A stretch of 62,956 nucleotides of DNA, the filler included, from Octopus bimaculoides (lineage: Eukaryota): assembly GCF_001194135.2 (NCBI RefSeq). It is 7 parts of 6 records of this genome, joined end to end, with 100 filler letters (N's around TTAATTAATTAA, not from the genome) between each part and the next. Parts side by side here need not be neighbours in the genome. Positions count along the whole stretch, not along the records: positions 1 to 24,690 come from NC_068988.1; 6 more parts are not named here. One strand, 5' to 3'. The stretch's first letter is position 1; each line of letters opens with the position of its first letter. Below are positions 11,963 to 24,690 of this stretch, piece by piece. The notes beneath the pieces were generated by a model, which was given only the letters and a program-made list of their open reading frames with translations, had not been told where the DNA came from and searched no databases. A program made the translations under genes and the position numbers.

Positions 11963-13464
11963 CTGCAAATTATTGTCTAACTACTAGTACCAGATTTTAG
12001 AGTAACTACAGAAGTATACAGGATTTTTGAAATTAACACTAAATCATGTGATAATTTTAGAAAAAGTGATGCTCATTTGTTTTTTCGATACTGAAGAGGA
12101 AAACAGTAGCCCTACCTCAGCTTCGGACTTGGAAATCAATGTTATTTAATTTTTTTAAATGTGTCACATCACATCACCAGATTGCAAGCTGATCAATGTT
12201 TTTCATAATATAAAAGGCATTGAAGCATCAGCTAATATTTGCAGCAAAAACATCTAATGTAAACAGATGACACCTGTTGGGGAAAAAATTTCATTGTACT
12301 GACAAGGGAGGAGGCACTCTTTGGCAAAAGAAGAACAAAGAACACTCGAGTAAATACAATCATAGGTTCAGAGTTTTAACCTTGGATCATCATAGATGGG
12401 AGGATGGATGGCTGAACAACAATACAAGTTTTGTCTATTTAACAGCAGCTTAAAAGTAGATAATACAGGCAATTTCAAGATAAAGCAGTCAATTTCAATG
12501 ATTGTGCTGTGGCACATAAGTGTTCCACACATGGCACACAGCTGTGACACATCTCCCACAGGTGAACTACATATGGTCCATAGATGTGGCATATTTGGCC
12601 TGCAAAGATGCCACACATGATCCACAGATGTGCTGCATATGGTCCAGATATCACAGATATGGCCCATAAGTATGCCATATGCAGAGTACAGGTGTGTTGT
12701 ATATGATTCACAAGTGTGCTGTTAGTTTTCAAAGCAAGATGAAAAATGACAGGTTAATTTGAAAACTCAAATGTTTTTAATGCATCACACTGGCCTACGT
12801 TCATTCCTTTCCAACAAAGTGTAATGCATGCACCCCTCTTTGTTTTAAGACAGTTTTAATACTCACTTTTCTATATATTACAGCTTTAAAAAGCTGATAG
12901 TTTTGTGACATTTTCAGTGCTTTGTTCTGTGTGGTGTAGATTGAAAATTACTATAAATTGCTGGTTTAGGGTTTCAGTTTATATGCTGAAATTCATAAAT
13001 GATTGCCTGAAAAAGGATTGAGTGAAAGGATAAAAACCAAAGGATTATTGGTACATTACTGAACTTTGACATAGTTCATTCTCAATTAACCAATATGTCA
13101 ATAGGTGGAGTAAGATTAATGTAATGTAGATTTTATTCAAGCATCTAGAGGCTTCTTGAGAGTTAATTTTTAACCAAGAGATGAAAGATAAGCCTCACTT
13201 CTGAATGCAATGCCAACCCATTACAGGCAACTTTGTAAGATTTTATTTGTTTTCTTTTAGAGAAGGAAGTGGTGTGGTGCATATGACCTTTGTTGGCATT
13301 ACATTTTCCTGAAAGGTAAATGAAGAGATAATGTAGAATAAAGTCTTCTGTTCAATACCAAAACACCTGCAGTAAATTTGAACTCATGATCTATATAGAG
13401 GTAGTCCCTATCAACCTCGTAGAGCCAGCCATCTCATTCACAACATAAAAATGGGGTCACTGAG

Positions 13465-13935
13465 GAATTTAATGGCTGTCTCATTACAGTCTCAAAGCAG
13501 AAATGTAATTTAATGGTCGTTTCATTAGTTACAAAGCTGAGCTCAAATATTAACGGCTATCTCATTACTGAGCTCAAATTTAATGGCTGTCTCATTATTG
13601 TCGCAATGCAGAGATGTTATTAAAATGATTGTCTCAATGTTGAGTGCTAATTTGATGGCTGCTTCATTATTCACAATGCTGAGCTCTAACTCTATGGCTG
13701 ACTCATTACTTTCTTAATGCAGAGCTCTAACTTAATAGTTGTTTCATTAATCTAAATGCAGAGCTCAGATTGAATGGTTGTCTCATTACTAAGCTGTTTC
13801 ATTACTTACAATGCTGCACTCTAATTTGATAGCTGAATCATTACTGACTCAATGCTGAACACTTTTAACAGCTGACTCATTACTGTCTAAATTCTGAGCT
13901 TTAATTTAATCTCAGTCTCGTTACCGTCTAAATGC
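13465..13935. repeat. Degenerate minisatellite (~30-42-bp unit, core aatttaatggctgtctcatta...ctgagctc)
   Basis: Motif recurs roughly a dozen times. Confidence 0.8.
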
Positions 13936-14206
13936 TAAGACAAATGTAGCATATGTGTGACATGATTGATCTCTTGAATTACAAGTAGAGTCTACAGACA
14001 AGCTTCCACAATCTCTGACTAGCCAATTTCACTTACAAGGCTTCAGTCAATCTGAGATATGGGCTAATCCAAGGCTGGAGAAGAAGACATCTGCCTCAGA
14101 TGTTCAGTACAACTGAACCTAAACTACTTCAGCACATGGCCATGTACATTTATTTGAATTCTAGATACACCTGATAAGACCATAGTTGCTGATGACCCAA
14201 ACTTAC

Positions 14207-14337
14207 CTGAAACATTGTTTTTTTCTTCTTCTCTTTTTCAATGACTTGCATACAATTTTTGCCAGGATGCCATGAAGAAAATTGCTTAGTGAGTTGAACT
14301 GTTAGAGCAATTATTCTGTACAGAAAACATCTTTTAT
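14207..14337 (-). other. Candidate exon of the leftward transcript (KRCFLYRIIALTVQLTKQFSSWHPGKNCMQVIEKEKKKKTMFQ)
   Basis: Consensus CAG|gtaagt donor, gatatttag| acceptor, 131 nt with one open frame. Confidence 0.3.
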
Positions 14338-15279
14338 CTAAATATCAGACAGCGTCGAAATATGTAGATTAGTACCTGTTGCAAAACAAGCCAAGTAATG
14401 TTGCTTTGATTGCAAAGTGCACTTGATACAAGCAGTTGGTTTCAATATATGGTTTTAGATCAATAATCTATCACTATAACCATTTAGCAACTGCACCTTC
14501 AATATCTCAATATTTATTTACAGAATGAAATTAAAAAAAGAAAGGAAAACAAAGAGGGAGAGAGAAAGGGTTAAATGAGAATGTAAAGAAAGACAATAAA
14601 TACATTTGAAAAANNNNNNNNNNNNNNNNNNNNNNNNNNNNNNNNNNNNNNNNNNNNNNNNNNNNNNNNNNNNNNNNNNNNNNNNNNNNNNNNNNNNNNN
14701 NNNNNNNNNNNNNNNNNNNNNNNNNNNAGAGAAAGGGTTAAATGAGAATGTAAAGAAAGACAATAAATACATTTGAAAAAGAAGAAAGACTTTCATTCAA
14801 ATTATTAATAAATATTCTCTGATAATTGTACAAAAATAAAATCAACCAATTTCTTTAGATTCTGTTTCTGACAACAGCAATTAGACATGTAATAGGCAAA
14901 TCGTTCCTGAAGTTTTCTGCTTTTAAATTTGACTCTGATATTTTCCTACTGAGTGAGAAGGAAAAAAAAAAGCATGAAAATGAAATGAAAAAAATTATAC
15001 AAATTAGAATAGAACAGCAGTCTCTTTCATTGTACTTCTTATAATAGCAGTGTTTCAAGATCTGGAGACAATGTGACATAATAAGAGTTTGGATACGAAA
15101 AAGAATATTCAACACAAAATAAATTGATATACTGAGAAATTTTCTTAAATCTTGTGAGATATTCTGAAATACCTGGAAGCAAAATTAATCGGAAAATGTG
15201 TATTGGTGTATGTATGATTTTCTGAATGCTTATATATGTTTACTTACAAGTGTAGCTGCACAAATATATATATACACAT

Positions 15280-15310
<31 letters not shown>

Positions 15311-15319
15311 TTCATATAC

Positions 15320-15362
<43 letters not shown>

Positions 15363-15821
15363 TATATATGCACGCACACACACATATGCAAACACATACA
15401 TAAATGCACATGTACATATGTATACATACAGATTTGTATATATATACATTAATACACACACACAAATATACACATATTTATTCATATATGTATGCACATA
15501 CACAAACACACTAACAGACAATATTTAATGATATAAAAAGGCTTCCTATGGGAGGAAGAATGGTGAAAGTGAGATAAATCTTTGTTTGAATGTCACAAAG
15601 AATAGAAATGGAATAATAATGACAGTTTCTATTTCAATACAGATGTGCATCAGGCTACACTTGTAAATGTATATGCATATGTATATGTGCATATGTATGC
15701 AAGTATGTATGAATGTATGCGTGATAGAGAGAAATAGTGTTTGTGTGTAGGGGGGTGCCTCCCATAACAGGATCTGTTCCATTTTTTTTTTCTGTCTTAG
15801 GACATGTTTCCTAATGTCTTG

Positions 15822-15853
<32 letters not shown>

Positions 15854-17408
15854 TAGTTTTAGGGAAAATAACCAAGTTTCAAGAACTCATCGATGAAAAT
15901 CGACTATCACATATAGAAAAATTAATAATTAAAAGCACAATAAATGAGTATAATATTATCTTTATCTTATGATATTTACTTTGTTTTATATTATACTCAT
16001 TTATTGTGCTTTTAATTATTAATTTTTCNNNNNNNNNNNNNNNNNNNNNNNNNNNNNNNNNNNNNNNNNNNNNNNNNNNNNNNNNNNNNNNNNNNNNNNN
16101 NNNNNNNNNNNNNNNNNNNNNNNNNNNNNNNNNNNNNNNNNNNNNNNNNNNNNNNNNNNNNNNNNNNNNNNNNNNNNNNNNNNNNNNNNNNNNNNNNNNN
16201 NNNNNNNNNNNNNNNNNNNNNNNNNNNNNNNNNNNNNNNNNNNNNNNNNNNNNNNNNNNNNNNNNNNNNNNNNNNNNNNNNNNNNNNNNNNNNNNNNNNN
16301 NNNNNNNNNNNNNNNNNNNNNNNNNNNNNNNNNNNNNNNNNNNNNNNNNNNNNNNNNNNNNNNNNNNNNNNNNNNNNNNNNNNNNNNNNNNNNNNNNNNN
16401 NNNNNNNNNNNNNNNNNNNNNNNNNNNNNNNNNNNNNNNNNNNNNNNNNNNNNNNNNNNNNNNNNNNNNNNNNNNNNNNNNNNNNNNNNNNNNNNNNNNN
16501 NNNNNNNNNNNNNNNNNNNNNNNNNNNNNNNNNNNNNNNNNNNNNNNNNNNNNNNNNNNNNNNNNNNNNNNNNNNNNNNNNNNNNNNNNNNNNNNNNNNN
16601 NNNNNNNNNNNNNNNTATATATATATATATATATGCACATAAATACACACACAAACACACTATGAAAGTTGCCTGTTGTTGCATTATCACAATTACTCAG
16701 AGCTTCACAACTGCAGAGGCAAAAAAGAAAACAAAACATACAAAAGCAATGCAAAAATGGAAATATTTTAAACTTTTGAAAGTATAATTTCCTCATGTTT
16801 AACATATATAAAATGAACACTGTGAAGAAAACAGAAAAATACAAAGCAATAAAAAAACATAATAAGGAAACAAAACAAAATTCTGGGAGAGCCAGACTAC
16901 ACTCAGTGATTGAACTAGAACTGCTGAAAACTTCTCTATACCTTTCATTTTCTAAGTGTCTAGCAAGACAGTGCTACAAGATATGTACACACACACACAC
17001 ACGTAAATACACACATACATGGATATATATATATGTACATATATACATAGACATACATACATGGATATATATATGTACATATATACATAGACATATATAC
17101 ATACATATATATACACACACACACATAATTAGATATACATATATAATTACATATACATACATNNNNNNNNNNCTGTAATTTTGGATTTTGTCCCTAATAT
17201 TATATATATATATATATATATAGGTGTGTATACATTACATATCTATATATATATGTATGTGTGTGTGTGTGTATATGTATTTATATATGTATTTATATAT
17301 GTATACATTTGTGTGTAAACACACAAGTGGACAAATGAAAGTGACACGCAACACATTAGGTGAGACTTACATATATTTTTAAGATATGTATATGTCTATG
17401 CATGTATG

Positions 17409-17443
<35 letters not shown>

Positions 17444-18000
17444 NNNNNNNNNNNNNNNNNNNNNNNNNNNNNNNNNNNNNNNNNNNNNNNNNNNNNNNNN
17501 NNNNNNNNNNNNNNNNNNNNNNNNNNNNNNNNNNNNNNNNNNNNNNNNNNNNNNNNNNNNNNNNNNNNNNNNNNNNNNNNNNNNNNNNNNNNNNNNNNNN
17601 NNNNNNNNNNNNNNNNNNNNNNNNNNNNNNNNNNNNNNNNNNNNNNNNNNNNNNNNNNNNNNNNNNNNNNNNNNNNNNNNNNNNNNNNNNNNNNNNNNNN
17701 NNNNNNNNNNNNNNNNNNNNNNNNNNNNNNNNNNNNNNNNNNNNNNNNNNNNNNNNNNNNNNNNNNNNNNNNNNNNNNNNNNNNNNNNNNNNNNNNNNNN
17801 NNNNNNNNNNNNNNNNNNNNNNNNNNNNNNNNNNNNNNNNNNNNNNNNNNNNNNNNNNNNNNNNNNNNNNNNNNNNNNNNNNNNNNNNNNNNNNNNNNNN
17901 NNNNNNNNNNNNNNNNNNNNNNNNNNNNNNNNNNNNNNNNNNNNNNNNNNNNNNNNNNNNNNNNNNNNNNNNNNNNNNNNNNNNNNNNNNNNNNNNNNNN

Positions 18001-18350
18001 TATATATAATTACATATACATATATATATAATTACATATACATATAGATATAATTACATATACATATAGATATAATTGTATATACATATAGATATAATTA
18101 CATACATATATATACACAAATACATATATAATTATACATATAATTATAATTGCATATACATATAGATATAATTATATACACATACATATATAATTACATA
18201 TATATACATTTATTTATATACATACATAATTACATATATATTTAATTATACACACACACACATATATATATACATATAATTGCATATATGTACATAATTA
18301 CATATAATTACATATATATACAAAAAATATATGTGTGTATATATACGCAC
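18001..18350. repeat. AT-rich minisatellite (tataattacatatacatatataga-like unit)
   Basis: Visible periodic repeat adjoining a gap. Confidence 0.75.
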
Positions 18351-18359
18351 ACACATATA

Positions 18360-18401
<42 letters not shown>

Positions 18402-19564
18402 TATAACATAACAGCTTCTCATTTAACATTTCTTGTTAAGCAAATCCTCTAACCTTAAAAAAAATTTTTCTCGTTTTTCGCACCTGACATTCAATAGCTA
18501 TTTTAAAGGATGTTATCTCCCTTGTTTATGACTTCTTTCATCAGAGAAAAATTTCAGAAAAGGAGCAAAGAAAGAATAGAACAAAAATGCAGAATAAAAT
18601 ATATTTCATCAACCGGGTGGCTCAGTCAAAGGAAACAGAGTGATGATGATACAGAGGAATATTTTTAAAGGTATTGGCAGCTTATGTGAAGAATGTGTAA
18701 GGGGTGGCATATCTTTGTTGGGGTTTTTTTTCTTCTTTTTTTAGTACTTTTTTTTTTTGATTTTTGTTATAATTGTGCAAAAGGTGGGTGTATAGCTGCA
18801 GCTAGACATTTTGATCGGTCAGGTTACTTTGAAGAGATTCACAATATTAGCCGAGCAGAATAAGTGAGGCCACAAGACTAACAAAAATTATTAGATAATT
18901 AAACTGTTGTGTATGTGTGTGTGCATGTGTGGGGGCACCATACATACAAATATATGAAATATACACACACACAAATGTATACATTATTTAAGGTGTATGG
19001 CCTAGTGGTTAGGGTGTTGCATTCACAGTCTCAAGATCATGGTTTCAATTTCCAGATAGGCAGGTCATTGTGTTCTTGAGCAAAACACAACATTGCATGT
19101 TGCACCAGTCTACTCAGCCATAAAAAGATAACCCTGTGATGGATTGATGTTCTGTTCAATTTGAATGCTGGCTTGCCCACCTAGACATCATTTGATAACT
19201 ACAATGTGAAAAATCGCATTGTGACCAGTGGTGTATAACATCTAATAGTCTGGTCAATACAGTGATATATACATATATATATATATATACATATTCTTTT
19301 ACTTGTTTCTGTCACATGACTGTGGCCATGCTGAAGCACTGCCTTGAAAGGTTTTAGTTGAACGAACTGACCCCCAAGACTTAATTTTTAAGCCTGGTCT
19401 ATTGGTCTTTTTTGCTACACCACGAAGTTACAGGGATGTGAACACACCAGCACTGGTCGTCAAGCTGTCATGGGAAGGACAAATACAGACACAAAGACAC
19501 ACATACACAGATATAGACATATATACATACATATGTGTGTGTGTGTATGTGTATGTGTGTATAT

Positions 19565-19730
19565 ATACAACAGGCTTCTTTCAGTTTTCGTCTACCAGAT
19601 CCACTCACAAGGCCTTGGTTGGCCGGAGGCTATAGTAGAAGACGCTTGCCCAAGGTGCCACATAATGGGACTGAACCCAGAACCATGTGGATGGGAAGCA
19701 AGCCTCTTACCACACAGCCACACCTGCACC
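19565..19730 (-). mobile_element. tRNA-derived SINE family B (CORE-like accttgggcaagt centre)
   Basis: ggcttctttcagtttccgtctacc...ggctatagtagaagac...cccaaggtgcc...actgaaccc...cttaccacacagcc. Further - copies at ~1803, 11490, 28350, 34330, 42170, 43280, 44145 and 51335. Confidence 0.8.
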
Positions 19731-20179
19731 TATACATACATGTATGTATGTATATAAATTATACAGTCATTAAGGCATTGGATAGAATACCTTGTGGTAT
19801 TTGTTCTGATTCTCTGCACCCTGATATCAAGTCGAACCAAAGTCAACTTTGTCATTCATCCTCTTACTTTCAATAAAAATAAAAGTACGAATCTAGTGGG
19901 GTGGATTACTGGAAGTATAAGACCATCAGACTAGGTACATTGCAGTACATGTGGCATTATAAGTTTGAATTCTGCCATGGCCTACGGTCATTACTTCAAC
20001 ACTGTGGATGCCGTTCAAAGGTTACCATTCTGGGGCAAGCAGTAAGGCTAAGTCCCTAGTTTGAAGCTATCTACCTCCCTTGCACCTTACCACCAGTCCT
20101 GAAAGTGTGTAGAGGGTCATGGATATGGTCAACTTTCCCCCCTCTCTCTCTCTATACATATATATATATATATATATAC

Positions 20180-20373
20180 AAGAAGTTGAAAATGCACTGG
20201 GAGTCATTTAGATGGTCTATTTTTAAAGGCTGACCAGTTTTGCATAAAGGTGTGGGGCATAGCCCTCAGTCTTTTTTGTCACTTAACTTTTGAAAATCAG
20301 AAGCATCTGTGAAACCAGTTAAACCTTTGAAAATAAAACACCGAAACGACTCCCAGTGCATTTTCAACTTCTT
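20180..20373. mobile_element. MITE with ~30-bp TIRs
   Basis: aagaagttgaaaatgcactgggagtcattt / aaacgactcccagtgcattttcaacttctt, with weaker inner symmetry. Confidence 0.75.
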
Positions 20374-20534
20374 TTTTTTCTTCAATATTTCTAACTATGT
20401 GGAATAAAATAACTTCTTTTCCTATATATATATATATATATATATATTCACATGCATATGTCTATACATATACATGTATACAACACACACACATACATGC
20501 ACATATTTACATATATATATATATACATATAAGT

Positions 20535-20824
20535 GAGATCGTTGCCAGTGCCCCTGGACTGGCTCTTGTGTGGGTGGCACATAAGATGTACCATTTTGAG
20601 CGTGACCGTTGCCAGTACCGCCTGACTGGCCTTCGTGCGGGTGACACGTAAAAGCACCCACTACACTCTCTGAGTGGTTGGCGTTAGGAAGGGCATCCAG
20701 CTGTAGAAACTCTGCCAAATTAGATTGAAGCCTGGTGTTGCCATCCGGTTTCACCAGTCCTCAGTCAAATCGTCCAACCCATGCTAGCATGGAAAGCGGA
20801 CGTTAAACGGTGATGATGATGATG
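20535..20824 (+). mobile_element. RTE-type 3' end repeat copy
   Basis: Same sequence as 26140-26418, with (GAT)n tail. Confidence 0.8.
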
Positions 20825-20871
20825 TTCACATGCATATATACATGCATATACAGATATATATCTATACATAC

Positions 20872-20904
<33 letters not shown>

Positions 20905-20942
20905 TATATATATANNNNNNNNNNAAAAATAATAAATATATA

Positions 20943-21613
20943 AAAAAAATAATAAATATATAAAAAAAATAAATATACCAATACATTATATTGTCTTTGA
21001 GCTCTTAAAGAACAATGGTAATCCATGTAGATAATTGTTAGAAAGATTAGGATGCATGTATTTTAGTTTAGTGTCATGTTTAAAAATGCTGAATGTTTAT
21101 GTATCAAACAGGAAATGTGGATAAGGGGAGACAATTCTGTGGGTTTTATACTCTTTAGTTGGAGCTCTGGACTCTTTGTCAACAGGAAGTTATTTTTGGG
21201 TTAGGTGTGTTACTGTGTTGGGTGGTTTTCAGAGTGTTTTTGTCAAGTGCCTTGGCACGTTCTATTCCAAAGTCTGAGTGTGGAGGGATATTGGCATTGT
21301 AATAGTGTTTTTTTGAGGTCTTGTAGGCGTATTTCTCAAGTGGTTGGGTCAGAGACAATGGTGCAAATTCTTTTAGCTAAATTGAAGGGGATATTTATCT
21401 TGGTGTGTTTTGGGTGGCATGAGCTGAAGAGGAGGTATTGTTGAGTGTGTAGGTTTGTGGTAGATGTCGGTTATGATTTGGTTGTTGGGTGTTTTTATAA
21501 TTAAGAGATCAAGAAAAGGAAGATGATGTTTGCTGAATTCCATAGTGAATTGAATGCTCAAAGACAATATAATGTATTGGTATATTTATTTTTTATATAT
21601 TTATTATTTTTTT
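20943..21613. repeat. Inverted duplication, arms ~20943-21002 and 21556-21613
   Basis: Identical except for one homopolymer length. Confidence 0.88.
21003..21558 (-). mobile_element. Penelope-like element RT C-terminal/linker fragment
   Basis: SIQFTMEFSKHHLPFLDLLIIK...ITDIYHKPT, then after a frameshift QQYLLFSSCHPKHTKINIPFNLAKRICTIV; typical PLE motifs. Confidence 0.85.
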
Positions 21614-21812
21614 GTAAAAAAACATTATTCTCATTTTCCCCCTTCTTGAAAGTTTGCCATGCAATGAAAGCTGGTTAGAAATCCTTTTTAATCTTCCTTA
21701 TACACATCTATATTAAAATATGCTTTCAATTTAGCATTCTGCCTTATTATTATTATTATTTTTTCTTTTCCTATTATTTCTCCATGTGCGGTTAACACAA
21801 CCATTTACTGAC

Positions 21813-21886
<74 letters not shown>

Positions 21887-21889
<3 letters not shown>

Positions 21890-22088
21890 AATTAGAAAGA
21901 TATATTTTTCAACATGTAAATACTGACAGAACAGCATATATAGGATAAAATCCTTGCAGAGCAGAAAAATCTGTCAGCAACCAGCCATGGCTGGTTACAG
22001 ACAGATTTTTCTGCTCTGTAAGAATTTTATCCTATATATGCTGTTCTATCAGTATTTATGTGCTGAAAAATATATCCCTCTAATTGTG
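21887..22088. repeat. 202-bp spacerless palindrome centred on CCATGG
   Basis: 91/101 arm identity by hand count, no indels. Confidence 0.92.
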
Positions 22089-22227
22089 CTACAATACATT
22101 TCAGTACTTCAAAAACAAACTTATGTTTGTTTACATATGATGCAATATATATATTATATATATATAAATTGAATTAGGTAATTGTTTAACAGTGTATCAC
22201 CAAAAAAGAAAACTATAATTGTCATTG

Positions 22228-22510
22228 TGAAGGTGTGTGGCTTAGTGGTCAAAATACTCAGCTCTCAATCATAAGAGCATGAGTTCAATACCTGGTATTG
22301 CATTGTGCCCTTGAGCAAGGCCCTTTATTTCATGTTGCTTCAGTTCACTCAGCTGGCACAAATGAGTAGTACCTGTAATTCAAATGGCCAGCCTTGTCAC
22401 ATTCTGTGTCACACTGAATCTCCCCGAGAACTGCATTAAGGGTACACACATCTTGGGAGTGCTCAGTCACTTGCACATTAATTTCACAAGCAGACCATTT
22501 CAACAGAGTG
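22228..22510 (+). mobile_element. Diverged family E-like SINE
   Basis: tRNA-like head plus tgtaattcaaa...gtgctcagtcacttgcacattaatttcac body. Confidence 0.7.
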
Positions 22511-23545
22511 CCCATTATACATACATGCATACAAACAAAGTTTACTTCGGATCATGTTTTTTGAGGCATTGAGAAATTTGAAAAGGAACCCTCATACAAA
22601 GTTGCATAAATGCAAATATAGCAAATGATAAAAGCAAATAATAGGTTATAATACAAACCCTTTAAATGGAAAAAAAAAAAAATGTGAGCAAGGTCACCAA
22701 CAGGAATTGAACTACATATTTGCTGTACACTGGACAACTGTGATACCACTACACAATAGGCTCAATGGCTTTTGTCTGTGAAATTAGAAGCTTTTATTTT
22801 ACAATTTTGTAAAAAGATTTAATTACAAATTTTTCAATGGCCATAGAAGTTTTGCATAATGTATACTCTGCAAAGTGACTTGACTAATTTGGTAGGATCG
22901 ACAAAGAAGAGGAATGTTCAGCTTGCAGAGGAAGCCACTGGATTAGGAGGATGATCCATAGATTTTACCTGCTAGAACAAGTCATGGACTGATCAGCATT
23001 GGCTTAGCCACCTGGGTGAGGGTTTCTGATGTTGAGACATGAAACACCTGATGACTCCAGGTTACATCACTGACAAAAGTCCCAGTTCATCCTGTGAGAT
23101 ATATCCTGCACACATAGTAATCGTATATGTGTGTGTGTGTGTGTGTCTGTGCATTCATACATGCATATATATATATGCATACATGCATCTATACACACAC
23201 ATATAATTGATTTTATATATTTAATTATATATATTAAAGGGTATGCTTTGAAGCAATACACCTTATTATAATTTTTTGACTAAGGTCTGATGAAATATTC
23301 CACACCTAAATTGTTGTATTAACTGTGTTACCAAAGCAACAACAAGCTAGATTGTTAGGGAAAAAGAGTCGTATAATATGTAATAAAGACAAAACCAAAT
23401 GTTGATATTTGCAATGCTTTTAATATATGTGTTTTGGGTAATTATCCTCCTCAGCAGTCAAAACATTTCAAAATATAAATATCAGAATAATGTTTAGGTC
23501 TTAAAGTAGTATTTGTGTGGATGGTCTCTGGAAACCTGCCTACAA

Positions 23546-23600
<55 letters not shown>

Positions 23601-24318
23601 CAGAGACAGAGAGAGAGAAAAGATAGAAAGGAAATAGTGGAGTTAGAAAGGTAAGAGGAGACAGAAAAGAAGAGAGAAGGTAAGAAGAGATAAGTCAAAG
23701 ATATATGAGAGGAGTAGGCAGTAGGTCATCAAGTAAATAAACAGATAAATGCATGAATAAAGGGACAACAAATCTGGAAAGTAATTTGTCTTTTCTCTTT
23801 ATCACCCTCCTTCCTTCACATCCATCCTTTGCCATTCAGATATATTGTCTGTTTATTCATGTATTATCTATTTATTTACTTATTGTCATCCCTCCTATCC
23901 CACTCGGCTATCTCTGCTTTTCTCACTTCCTTATATACCTACCCTCTCACTATCTGTCTCATTTTCCCTCTCTAACATCATTTTGTCTATCTTCCTTCCT
24001 TTTTCCACTCTGCTTGTAGGTGGTTCTCCAAAGACCATCAGGACAACTGCTATACACACACACACACACACATGTGTGTGTTTATGTGGCTAAGTTTTAC
24101 TTTATCATTTATACTTCAAACTTTTTTTGACTGATGAGAGCTTTATGTAAAAACACATACTAAATGCATTCAAAATGTCAATATTCAGCTTTATCTTTAT
24201 GATATATATATATACACATACATATATCCATGCACATATTTAATAAGTAATGTATATACATATATTTAATGCTTCATATAAATATATATATATATACATG
24301 CATACATATATTTAATGC

Positions 24319-24353
<35 letters not shown>

Positions 24354-24380
24354 TGCATATATTTAATATTATATACATAC

Positions 24381-24412
<32 letters not shown>

Positions 24413-24424
24413 ATATATATATAT

Positions 24425-24690
24425 ATCATCATCATCATCATCATCGTTTAACGTCCGCTTTCCATGCTAGCATGGGTTGGACGATTTGACTGAGGACTGG
24501 TGAAACCGGATGGCAACACCAGGCTCCAGTCTGATTTGGCAGAGTTTCTACAGCTGGATGCCCTTCCTAACGCCAACCACTCAGAGAGTGTAGTGGGTGC
24601 TTTTACGTGTCACCTGCACGAAAACGGCCACGCTCGAAATGGTGTCTTTTATGTGCCACCCGCACAAGCCAGTCCAGGGGCACTGGCAAC
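24425..24690 (-). mobile_element. RTE-type 3' end repeat copy
   Basis: Reverse complement of 26140-26418. Confidence 0.8.

Noticed and set aside
13465-13935. CRISPR array
   Set aside because: Eukaryotic context, degenerate repeats, spacers related to each other, no cas genes.
14185-14225. CTGATGA...GAAAC hammerhead-like spacing
   Set aside because: No stem I or stem II pairing can be drawn.
14561-14779. 52-bp direct repeat on either side of a gap (14561-14612 and 14728-14779)
   Set aside because: Exact duplication of contig ends around Ns; typical unmerged-overlap artefact.
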